A DNA stretch of 64,000 nucleotides, taken from NCBI GenBank assembly GCA_964016885.1, contig OZ024747.1:80786001-80850000 (forward strand). Direction: 5' to 3'. The notes under the pieces were generated by a model. That model was not told where the DNA came from. It searched no databases and saw only the letters and a list, made by a program, of their open reading frames with translations. This stretch comes from Eledone cirrhosa (lineage: Eukaryota). The first letter of the stretch is position 1; each line of letters starts with the position of its first letter. Made by a program: the position numbers and the translations under genes. Shown piece by piece: positions 47,301-58,090 of the stretch.

Positions 47301-47802
47301 CTATAGTCAATATATACTGACTGTATGTAGTAATAGCCTCTATAGTCAATATATACTGACTGTATGTAGTAATAGCCTACATAGTCAATATCTACTGACT
47401 GTATGTAGTAATAGCCTACATAGTCAATATATACTGACTGTATGTAGTAATAGCCTCTATAGTCAATATATACTGACTGTATGTAGTAATTGCCTCTATA
47501 GTCAATATCTACTGACTGTATGTTTTAAAGGTCTGTGGCTAAGTTGATTAAGATATTCGATTCACAGTCGTAAAGTCGTTTGCTCCGTTTCTGGTGTCGT
47601 GTTGCTCAAGTCCATTCAGTTGGAAATAATGAGTTGTACCTATAATACAAAGGGCCAACCTTTTCGCATACTGTGCCACGTTGTGGACTTACGTAAGGGT
47701 ACACGTACGTGTAGATTGGTCTGCAACTTACACGTTACTTTCCCAAGTAAGATGTCTATTCATCAGATAAGTGGAACCGCCGGATGTCCAGCGCACGAAT
47801 CT

Positions 47803-48132
47803 ATACACACACACAGCCACACATATACACACACATATACACACACGTATACACACATATACACACACACTCCCACACATATATACACACACAGCCGCAC
47901 ATATGCACACACATATACACACATGCATACACACATATACACACACACTCCCACACATATATACACACACAGCCACACATATACACACACATATACACAC
48001 ACGTATACACACATATACACACACACTCCCACACATATATACACCCACAGCCGCGCATATGCACACACAGAGCCACACATATACACACACTCAGTCACAC
48101 ATACACACACAACCACACAAACACACACACAC
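47803..48132. repeat. CA-rich compound minisatellite with a 78-bp period (about 4 units)
   Basis: AGCC anchors at 47815, 47893, 47971 and 48049; units alternate GCCAC/GCCGC. Confidence 0.85.
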
Positions 48133-48183
48133 TGGTTATATGTCTAATCAGTATCAACAGACACTATTCTGTGTCAAGCCTGT

Positions 48184-48471
48184 CCATGTCACAAGACCTT
48201 GTCTATTCCATGTCACAAGACCTTGTCTATTCCATGTCACAAGACCTTGTCTATTCCATGTCACAAGACCTTGTCTATTCCATGTCACACGACCTTGTCT
48301 ATTCCATGTCACAAGACCTTGTCTATTCCATGTCACAAGACCTTGTCTATTCCATGTCACAAGACCTTGTCTATTCCATGTCACACGACCTTGTCTATTC
48401 CATGTCACAAGACCTTGTCTATTCCATGTCACAAGACCTTGTCTATTCCATGTCACAAGACCTTGTCTATT
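48184..48471. repeat. 24-bp tandem repeat x12 (CCATGTCACAAGACCTTGTCTATT)
   Basis: 288 bp = 12 units; the CACGAC variant occurs in units 5 and 9. Confidence 0.97.
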
Positions 48472-48545
48472 CTTCCAATATCTGCAAATTGTGAAATAAC
48501 ATAAAACAATTAAGGAAAGATAAAATCAATCATTATTAGATTAAT

Positions 48546-48684
48546 GCTGAGGTTAACTTTGCCTTTCATTCTGAGTTCAAATCCCGCCGAAGTTAACTTT
48601 GCCTTTCATCCTTACGCGCTCGATAAAATAAAGTACCAGTGGTGCACTGGGGTAATCGCTGACCTTGTTCCAAAAGTAGAAACT
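48546..48684 (+). mobile_element. 5'-truncated tRNA-derived SINE fragment(s)
   Basis: B-box-like GAGTTCAAATCC followed by the core CTTTGCCTTTCATCCTT..TCGATAAAATAAAGTACCAGT; homologous to 48687-48881. Confidence 0.75.
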
Positions 48685-48686
48685 CT

Positions 48687-48881
48687 AAGGCAGTGGTTTA
48701 GCAATATCGGTAGAGGGTCGGACGCCATGCTTTGCAGCAAAGAGTTACGGCCCTTTATAGACTGATTTCAAATCCCGCCGAGGTTAACTTTGCCTTTCCT
48801 CCTTACGGGATCGATAAAATAAAGTACCAGTAATACACTGGGATAATTTCTGGCCTTGTGCCAAAAGTAGAAACAATTATT
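48687..48881 (+). mobile_element. Near full-length tRNA-derived SINE; core resembles the Meta-domain type
   Basis: tRNA-like head AAGGCAGTGGTTTAGCAA..., B-box-like TTCAAATCC, conserved core, and 3' GGCCTTGTGCCAAAAGTAGAAACAATTATT. Several copies in the window. The Meta-domain resemblance is from memory. Confidence 0.8.
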
Positions 48882-49955
48882 AGTTTAACATTACATTCCA
48901 GTATTTAAAGTTTAGTAAACCAGATTTCTTGGTATTCAAAAATATGTTTAACGTTGAGTTTATAGTGTGAAGAGGGTGAAGTAAAACCTGCCTCTTGATA
49001 GAGACTAATCTCTCGCAATCACATTCCTGATGTCAAACACTCGAATCTAAAGCACACTTATAAAATAGTTTTCCAGATAATTTTTTTAAATGCACATAGA
49101 AGGTTGTGACTCACAAACTAGAAACCCATGATGTAATACTGTAATTATTCAGCATTTCCAAGGCAGTGACTTATTGGCAGAGTCATTAGTGTGTCGGGTA
49201 GATTAGTTGGCAGTATTCGTTCAGACTGCTTAGGTTGACCATCATGTTAAACTTTGCTCGCCCAACAAATCGCTGGTCTTCTGCATGAATTTGAAACCAT
49301 TCTTTGCAAATGCTTACGAAATAATTTGTTTGTTTTAAAATTTTATAAGAGCTTTAATACTGGAATTACCAGAAATACTGAACATGGTTTTTACTTCATT
49401 TTTCATTTGCATCAAGTACTCGAATGTATTTTTCCTTCTCCCAGTTATTGATCTGTGGGCATGAAATCCCATGAAAATAAAACTCTGCTGAGGTAAAAGC
49501 AATGTAAATTCATATATGTAAATACAAATCTACATACATTTCTTTAACCCCATCACATTTTCAATAAAATGTCTCGCAAATCACTCTACTATTAAATGAA
49601 TACCTGAGCTGGTCTTAGCAATTAATCATAATATACGCAAAGCAAATGAAAGGAAGGCGTCAAAGTTTCAGGTTCTTGTGAAACTTATAAAGTAAACATA
49701 AATATATTTAATAAGTTCAGTGTCAAAATTAACATTACTAATGTTCATGTCAACAGGGGGTATATATATCCAGCGAACGTCGGTTATATATAGATAGAAG
49801 CTTCATCAAACGAATGCAGGCATATAATCTGTGAAATATACCGTATATCTATTAATAAACACACACATAATGCCCATATTATGTAATATGCTTCATGTAA
49901 TACGTTCCGCGATGGGAAACATTGTGCAATGCACAATTATATTTTGGTATATATT

Positions 49956-50133
49956 GATTGTTTCTACTTTTGGCACAAGGCCAGCAATTATTCCAGTATA
50001 TTACTGGTACTTTATTTTATCGACCCCGTAAGGATGAAAGGCAAAGTGGACCTCGGCGAGATTTGAACTCAGATCATAAAGGGGCGTAACTCTACGCTGC
50101 AAAGCATGGCGTCCGACCTTCTACCGATACTGT
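49956..50133 (-). mobile_element. Same SINE family, minus strand
   Basis: Reverse complement matches 48700-48880 (TACTGGTACTTTATTTTATCGACCCCGTAAGGATGAAAGGCAAAG...TTTGAACTC). Confidence 0.85.
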
Positions 50134-50136
50134 CAA

Positions 50137-50688
<552 letters not shown>

Positions 50689-50690
50689 TA

Positions 50691-50766
<76 letters not shown>

Positions 50767-50808
50767 ATGATATTAAATAAATGGAAACTGTATTTATAAA
50801 ACCATATT

Positions 50809-50869
50809 TATTATATTATATATATTTCAAGAGTACCAACATTTTGGTACGCTGACATCAGATAAAATA
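50809..50869 (-). ncRNA. Degenerate type I hammerhead ribozyme motif
   Basis: Minus strand reads TATTTTAT-CTGATGT-CAGCGTACCA aaatgt TGGTACTCTT-GAAA-TATATA-TA-ATATAATA. Stem II is clear and stem III is palindromic; the core has A>T at the last position. Confidence 0.55.
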
Positions 50870-51025
50870 CGAAGAGTGTTTTATAGATTTTGACATAACC
50901 AAGGAGAATATACCTAAACGGTTCAAGTTTTCCTTGGATAGTCCTATTTTTATATATTATACTCCAGAAAACCTGTCGAAAGCTCTGAATCAGTTATAAA
51001 CATTTATATTTGTTAAATTACCAAC

Positions 51026-51077
51026 AAATTGAATATCCCTTCTGCTTATACATATATGCAGAAGGGATATTCAATTT
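51026..51077. repeat. Perfect 20-bp inverted repeat (hairpin)
   Basis: AAATTGAATATCCCTTCTGC ... GCAGAAGGGATATTCAATTT with a 12-nt spacer. Confidence 0.9.
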
Positions 51078-51162
51078 ATATATATATATATGTGTAGATA
51101 AATCTACCAAAATGTACGGTAGTGTCCAATCCGTATGAAGAACTCAATGTAATCCGAATATC

Positions 51163-52321
51163 ATGAAAAGAGATGTATTCAAAACTTTTTTTCCGATGAA
51201 AAATACAGGAAAACAGAGTCAAGATAAATTAATAAAAATAATGAATAAAAACAAACACCAAATGAAATATACACACCTTAATGCCACTCACATTACACCC
51301 AAAAATACCAACATAAAACTTAATTTCTCTAACTCTTCTAATATACAATATAGTAACTTTCAAAAAACTATTCATCCTAATACTCCAATATATGTTAATA
51401 ATAAAATTCCTAATAAACAGGCTAAAACACCTAAATCAATGAATCTAACTAAAAATATGTGTGATGATATCATTAACAATAATTCTCTTAATAAACATCA
51501 GGATACATCCTATAAAAATAATAAACAACATCGAAACCGTAATAGACGAGTTACTTGGTATAATGCTCCATTTAATCTACAAATTAAAGATAATATACCT
51601 AAACAATTTTTTACTATCCTAGAGAAAAACTTCCCGCCAAACCATAAATACCATCAAATTTTAAATAGATCAACGGTTAAATTCTCCTACTCAACAACCA
51701 AAAATATACAACAAAATATAAGTGCCTATAATGCATATAAATGTAAAAAAAACTATGAATATACCACCGATACATCAAACTAACCATAATATTAAAATAA
51801 ACCACAGCAAACCACCATCTCATTCACATACAACAAATCGTAAAAATTCCACACCTAATTTGACTATCTCCTCTGATACAGCATTCACGAAAGGTTGTAA
51901 CTGTAGAAACAAAGCAAATTGCCCATTAAAAGGAAATTGCCTTATTAATAACATAGTATATAAATGTAAAGTTAACACTAAGGACTCAACTTATTCATAT
52001 ATAGGAGCTACTTCTAACCAATTTAAAGTAAGATTTAATACCCACAAACACAGTTTTAAAAATGCCGCATTAGCTAATACACCACCTTTAGCTGAAATAA
52101 TTAATAATTATAGAAAGAGGAATATAGATTATAACCTGACCTGGAGTGTGCTCAAAAGGGCCACCCCTTATCAAAATAATAGATATGAATGTAGATTATG
52201 TTCCCAGGAACTTTTTGAAATAATGAAATCTAAGGATATCCTATTAAATAAACGACAGGAATTAAATATATCATGTAATCATAAACTGAGAAGAACTTTT
52301 AAATATTATAAACCTAGTTAA
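51163..52321 (+). pseudogene. Penelope-like linker plus GIY-YIG endonuclease, split by one +1 frameshift (probably in the A8 run near 51745-51752)
   Basis: ORF1 has RRVTWYNAPF...FPPNHKYHQILNRSTVKFSYS. ORF2 has CNCR...CPLKGNCL, IVY...YIGAT, FKVRFNTH, W, CRLC..E, LLNKRQE and CNHK. Confidence 0.85.
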
Positions 52322-53061
52322 TATACACTTTAGAAATTATTATAATAACACTTTTTAAAAATTAGTTAACCTATAATTAATATTCTACTACTAATGAACT
52401 GCATAATTTTATTTCCCTTTTACAGCTATCTTTTCCTTAAAATTTATACCAATAAGTATACATATAAACTATTTTAATTTCAGGTTATGATTCTATGTTC
52501 CTTATAATCTATATAAATGTGTTATTTCTCACTAATAAATTCCCCCCCCCCTCCCGCCAATAATAATAATAATTATTATTTTTTTATTTTCCCTTCGTTT
52601 TTAACAGCACTCTTCAATTACATCTAACTATTATTTATCATATCTATAGGAATTAATATAAATTTATCAATATAAATATACCTATCAATTTAATTAATTT
52701 ATTTCCTTTTATAGATGTAAATTCCCTATATTTTGAATAAGATTGATATTTTTCACTAACACATTTATCGTAAAATTTTATTCTCCTTAGATATTTACAT
52801 TAGCATAATTCCTTTATAACATCAATTCTTCGTGTACCTTTTACTGACTTGACCTATTTTCATCCCTAAAATAATCTTTTCATTCATCATACTCTTTCCA
52901 TTCAAAACTGAAATCTGCCTTCCTCTACCCCTACATTAAAGTTCTATTACTACTATTCTACCATCTTGACCACTTACTACCTTTCTATTGGTCAATTCAA
53001 AACCTGTTCCCAAACAGACCTATTATATTAAATCTTTGTTAGTTTTTTTCAATAAACAAAT

Positions 53062-53183
53062 ATCATTATTTCTGAAGACAGCATATATATGTGTAGGTGA
53101 TAGTTTGTAAAAATTTTACATAGATCTATATGATATACATACCAACACAAATATATATATCCTAGAAACGATCGTAAAATGAT
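53062..53183 (+). ncRNA. Type I hammerhead ribozyme with extended stem II
   Basis: ATCATTATTT-CTGAAGA-(cagcATATATATgtgtaggt...accaacacaaATATATATATccta)-GAAA-CGATCG-TA-AAATGAT. Palindromic stem III; predicted GUA cleavage after 53176. Confidence 0.7.
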
Positions 53184-53235
53184 GAATTTTTAATATAAGG
53201 AACTGTTTCTTTGTTTTTATTCATCATTTTTATTA

Positions 53236-53239
<4 letters not shown>

Positions 53240-53320
<81 letters not shown>

Positions 53321-53386
53321 TATATATATATTCATATATTATATTCATATATATTTATATACATATATATATATATACATTCATAC

Positions 53387-53446
<60 letters not shown>

Positions 53447-53472
53447 GTATATATATATGTATATATATATGA

Positions 53473-53563
<91 letters not shown>

Positions 53564-53646
53564 ATGTTGAAAAGGTAACACACCAGAGAGAGATATGCAG
53601 TGCGCTACATTTAAACATATATATATATATATTCATATATATATAT

Positions 53647-53729
<83 letters not shown>

Positions 53730-53730
53730 A

Positions 53731-53776
<46 letters not shown>

Positions 53777-53793
53777 GAATATATATATATGAA
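53240..53793. repeat. Long interrupted (TA)n microsatellite block
   Basis: Directly visible; a short unique spacer lies at 53560-53615. Confidence 0.95.
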
Positions 53794-54205
53794 TATTGCC
53801 CCCTATCCGGGAAATGCCTCTCTAGTAACATTGTCTACAAATGTAAGGTTGAAACACCCACGTGCTGTAGGGCCTACATAGGGTTAACCGCCAATAGCAG
53901 CGTCTTTACATGCATACCCATTCTTTTCGTTACCCTCTAAGAAGGAATATGACGTTACTTTCAGCTTATATCTGGAGTCTAAAAGACAACCACACCCAAT
54001 ATAAGTTACACTGGGAGATCCTAGCTAGGGCTAGATCGTATAATGGAAATAAAAACCATGTGACCTTTGCGCCGCTGAGGCCCTGGAAATACTCTACGCC
54101 ACAGACCACATCTTAAACAAAAAATCTGAGGCAATTTCGGCTTGTAAACATAAATTGCACAAAACTTTCCTGTATTACAGCCCCACGTTATACCCTAACG
54201 GATAG
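53794..54205 (+). pseudogene. Second, divergent GIY-YIG endonuclease remnant of a Penelope-like element (two frameshifts)
   Basis: Manual translation across frames: [34 protein letters not shown] / QRLYMHTHSF...LSAYIWSLKD...WEILARARSY / CDLCAAEALEIL...ILNKKSEAISACKHK. Confidence 0.85.
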
Positions 54206-54604
54206 TACGATCTATACGTGGATATTTTACGTCTTGATGTGGTAGCTAAGTATATGTTTTGTTTATACCATTACTTATTTGCATAGGTAAGTATATATTA
54301 CCTGTATGTTTTGTGAAGGTACATATACTTTCTCGTACGTATATTTGATTGTATATGTTATGGCGTATAATTTTATATATTCTGGTACATATGGTTTGGT
54401 GATATGTATACTGGAGTTTTGCGTCTGTGTGAGTATGCAGGTTCGTACGTATGTAGGGTGTGTGTATATGTGTACTTCATGTTTTGTTTGACTTACGTCT
54501 CCGAAGATTTGTGTATTTACATGTAGGTATGTATGTGCGCTTGTTATATACGTATTTATTTATTTATATACGTTTATTTAATTATTTATTTATTTGTATA
54601 CACG

Positions 54605-54607
<3 letters not shown>

Positions 54608-54682
<75 letters not shown>
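54608..54682. repeat. (CA)n microsatellite
   Basis: Directly visible. Confidence 0.97.
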
Positions 54683-54685
<3 letters not shown>

Positions 54686-54854
54686 TTATGTGCGTGGTTT
54701 TGTATACCTATGGTAAGTGTTTTGCGTATGCTTGTGTATGTACGTATTTGTATGCGTGTATGTATTTATTTAATTTCTATTACCTCTATATTGTATTTAT
54801 TTACTTTATTCTTAACTCTGAAGCGGAGATTCATTCGGTTTCCTAGTTAGAATT

Positions 54855-55130
54855 TTAGTCTACGACTTCAGCTATACCATTTACGTGGTTTTGTGTTTAC
54901 GTGCAATTGTTCTCCACGCTCCACATATGACGTATTATCTTCGTTTTTTCCGTTCATTGACAGAGAACGTCTCTATGAACCACCTAAGAGAACATTAGTC
55001 TACGACTTCTTTTATACCATAAACGTGGTTCTGTCTTTGCGCGTAATTGTTTTTCACAGCTCCTATTAATGACGTATTATATTCGTTTTTTTCCCGTTCT
55101 TTGCCAGGGAACGTTTCCACGAACCAAAGT
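54855..55130 (+). repeat. Diverged 140-bp tandem duplication in the 3' region of the second Penelope-like element
   Basis: TTAGTCTACGACTTC at 54855 and 54995, with colinear similarity downstream. Confidence 0.85.
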
Positions 55131-55204
55131 ATCGTCTTCCTGTCTTCCTCCGGTTGCAACGTTTTTTGAAATATCCACTTCTGTGTTTACAGATTGACTT
55201 TGTT

Positions 55205-55255
55205 AGTTTCAGAAGATCCCGTTAAGGGTGAAAGCAGCGATTCTTTGCTTAAACT
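55205..55255 (+). ncRNA. Type I hammerhead-like motif with CAGAAGA core variant
   Basis: AGTTT-CAGAAGA-tCCC gttaa GGGt-GAAA-GCA...TGC-TT-AAACT. Stems I-III are present; AATAAA follows. Confidence 0.6.
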
Positions 55256-55425
55256 TTAATCATCTGTTATTTTAATAAATATATATATGTATATATATAT
55301 GAATATATATATATATATATAAATATATATATATAAACGAAGAATGAAAATAATATGGCAACATTTTACATACAATATTTTGTTCTCCTACTGGTATAGT
55401 ATAATATTTAAGGTAAATTATTTGT

Positions 55426-55494
55426 ATTTAATCTGATGAGCTATCCTTGCTTCATTTCCATTAGTCTAGCGAAACGTCCCTAAGTCCATTTAAT
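55426..55494 (+). ncRNA. Hammerhead-like motif (imperfect stem I)
   Basis: ATTTAAT-CTGATGA-GCTA...TAGC-GAAAC...GTC-CATTTAAT. Confidence 0.5.
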
Positions 55495-55624
55495 GGTTTA
55501 ACAATTAACAATAATCATTGTCTATAACTTACACATATATATATATATGTGTGTGTGTGTATGTATATGTATATATATATAATATATATATATATATATG
55601 TATCTGTATATATATGTATTCCTG

Positions 55625-55664
<40 letters not shown>

Positions 55665-55718
55665 CATAAATATATATATATATATACATGTATATATCCA
55701 TATATATATTATATATGT

Positions 55719-55793
<75 letters not shown>

Positions 55794-56311
55794 GTATCTA
55801 TGTATATCTATGTGTGAGTGTAATAATGTGTTTCATGTATGTACTATGTAGCATTCTGTTAAATATACATTCCTACACATATCAACGTACGGTAACTTTA
55901 ATGTATGCCATCAGGTTTAAAGATTAATAACCCCTGAAGTTACATTATTTCTGCGTCTCTTTCATATACTCATATATTTACATTATACGTACAGATCTAT
56001 GCATAATGTTAAACTGACGCCATATATAGCCAGAATGCTTTAAAACTATAGTAGGTAATAACTAATAATATAGATGGACTTGCAGGTCACTGGAAAGGAC
56101 GTAGGCGACACGACATTGCAAATAAAAGAGCTTCAAAAGTGGCCTATCATCGATCGAGAACTTACACATGCTCTCCTCCATACCGCATGGCGCAAACGAT
56201 ACACATACATACACCCAGGTTTCTTAAAATGTATATGGTAGTCAAGGAAGTATCTATGAAATCCTTGCGATCATTATCTGCATGGGGAGAGGATAGTAAC
56301 TATATGAAAAT

Positions 56312-56415
56312 TATTGGTTTCTGATTTTGGTACAAGGTGAACAATTTTTGGGGAGGGGAAAGTCACCTAAATTATCCCCAGTGCATTACTGGTACTTTAT
56401 TTTATCGACCCCGTA
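56312..56415 (-). mobile_element. 3' fragment of the tRNA-derived SINE family
   Basis: CCCCAGTGCATTACTGGTACTTTATTTTATCGACCCCGTA matches the 49956-50133 copy. Confidence 0.75.
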
Positions 56416-57030
56416 TTGTGAACACACGCTCACGCACACACTCAGACACACATATATACATTATTACATGCTTCATTCTATTTTAGAGTGTCAAGAAACG
56501 TGTATGTAACTATAGGTAGAACAAATATAACAAGGGAATGGGTTTCAAAAGTACGTAGTTTTGATGTTTTACACCAATATCTGAATCATTCGACCATATG
56601 TTTATTATGTTTGCACGTTTCCTCCATGATTAGGCTAAAAATTCACCCTTGATTCTGCAACATTAATTCAGAAATAAACGTATGGTATTAAGTGCTGAAC
56701 GTGGTTTACGCCAGAATTAACTGCAATCCAACAAATCCCCACACACGCGCGTGCGCGGACACACACACATGGGCATACACACATACATATATACAGTCTA
56801 TAACTAGATGTTGAAACGGCATGAGCTTACCCGTCGGGATCTCGCCTCTTTCATATAATACATATGTATGTGTATATATATATACATATATATATATAGT
56901 TGTGTATAATGGTAGTTATGGTGCTTCCATAGGCGGTATGCCAAAATTAGCACTCAATATTCAGCAGAGTAGAGTGTAGATAGTATAAAGAAAACGAAAA
57001 ATCAGTGATGCATCTGGACTTAATTTATTG

Positions 57031-57121
57031 CGTGTTACAATTGTTTCGCCGGCAGGTAGCTCGAGACATGATCCCTGTATGGATCTGGCCGATTCTACGG
57101 CTGCAGGTTCTTTCAGACACG
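57031..57121 (-). ncRNA. Type I hammerhead-like motif with branched stem II
   Basis: Minus strand reads CGTGT-CTGAAAGA-ACCTGCAG...CTGCCGGC-GAAA-CAATTG-TA-ACACG, then AATAAA. Palindromic stem III; one extra A in the core. Confidence 0.6.
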
Positions 57122-57339
57122 GGTAGTTCGTTCGGAGCAAATTTTATCACAGGGGTGTTATCATAAAAAACCCTCCTCAAAAACACTCTTCCACTCTTGT
57201 CATGCCATCGGCTGTTTTTACTCCACGTCATCACAAGTTCTGGTCAGTATTTACTGCTACACGGGTCATCAGCCACACTTCAATTGAGTCATGCTGGGTT
57301 CAGTATCTCACACGTCTGTTCACACTCCAGAGTAAGCAT

Positions 57340-58052
57340 CTACACATACGAATATACACATACCTATACACACACATGCAGACACAGACACATTCGTGCA
57401 TACACACACGTACTCATACATGCGTAGACACACACACACACATACATATATGTATATATACACACACACGCTCTCCCTCACTTCCACGGACCCAGTCACA
57501 CCCACTTCTAGATACATACGCACAACCTTATATACATTTATATATATACACACTCATACACACATACATACACACATACATACACATACATGCATATACA
57601 CACACACACACATATATATATATATACACATATATATACACACACATGCACACACATACATACAAAATACACATACGTACACAAAATTACGTACACACAT
57701 ACATACACACACACACACATATTATATATATATATATACAAAAAAAACCTACATGCATACGCACACCCACACATATACATACATATACACATGCAGACAT
57801 ATATACTTCTACATATGCATATGCACACGGGCTGCCACATGCAGACACCTGCACATATGCATATTTGCTTACACACACATGTGCTTCTACATATACATAT
57901 ATAAACAAAACCGTAAATTAAAAGTACATTATATAATAAAAAAACACAATATACCATAAAATAACGGTAAAATAACATAACATAAAATATAAAATATAAG
58001 TATAAAATATCAATATAGTATACAATATGATATATATATATATATATATACA

Positions 58053-58090
<38 letters not shown>

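Larger units (their letters stand above)
401..47523. repeat. Satellite array, 39-bp monomer CTCTATAGTCAATATATACTGACTGTATGTAGTAATAGC, about 1,200 head-to-tail copies
   Basis: Directly visible periodicity. Degenerate first units at ~401-450; ends at ...ACTGACTGTATGT|TTTAAAG (47523). Recurrent variants: CTACATA, CTTCTA, AACATA, GACGG, TATATAG, GTCTG, and a +3 ACT duplication. Confidence 0.99.
51091..53240 (+). mobile_element. Penelope-like element derivative (Naiad-like GIY-YIG) without detectable RT, ending in a hammerhead-bearing 3' region
   Basis: GIY-YIG ORF, long 3' UTR and a hammerhead at 53062-53183, bounded by (TA)n on both sides. The clade name is inferred from motif recall. Confidence 0.8.

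Noticed and set aside
401-47523. CRISPR array
   Set aside because: Monomers are directly adjacent with no unique spacers, there are no cas genes, and the context is eukaryotic.
396-47547. Giant ORFs (up to 3067 aa) as protein-coding genes
   Set aside because: They follow from a stop-free 13-codon monomer, are open on both strands, have no unique N- or C-terminal domains, and are broken by sporadic stops and retroposon insertions.
47688-47713. Short palindromes CTTACGTAAG and TACACGTACGTGTA at the array's right flank
   Set aside because: Too short to distinguish from chance in purine-pyrimidine-alternating sequence.
47803-48132. 78-bp period equals 2 x 39, suggesting derivation from the main satellite
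   Set aside because: No sequence similarity between the units; probably coincidence.
47599-48504. His/Thr-rich and Cys/Val-rich ORFs
   Set aside because: These are translations of CA-rich and 24-bp minisatellites, open in several frames.
52322-55200. SECIS element or selenocysteine recoding, as reported for some Naiad elements
   Set aside because: No in-frame TGA at Cys positions in either nuclease, and no convincing AUGA/AA/GA stem-loop found by eye.
57056-57331. Plus-strand coding exon (CAG acceptor, GTAAGC donor)
   Set aside because: Frames from the candidate acceptors hit stops; the region is better explained as a minus-strand hammerhead module.
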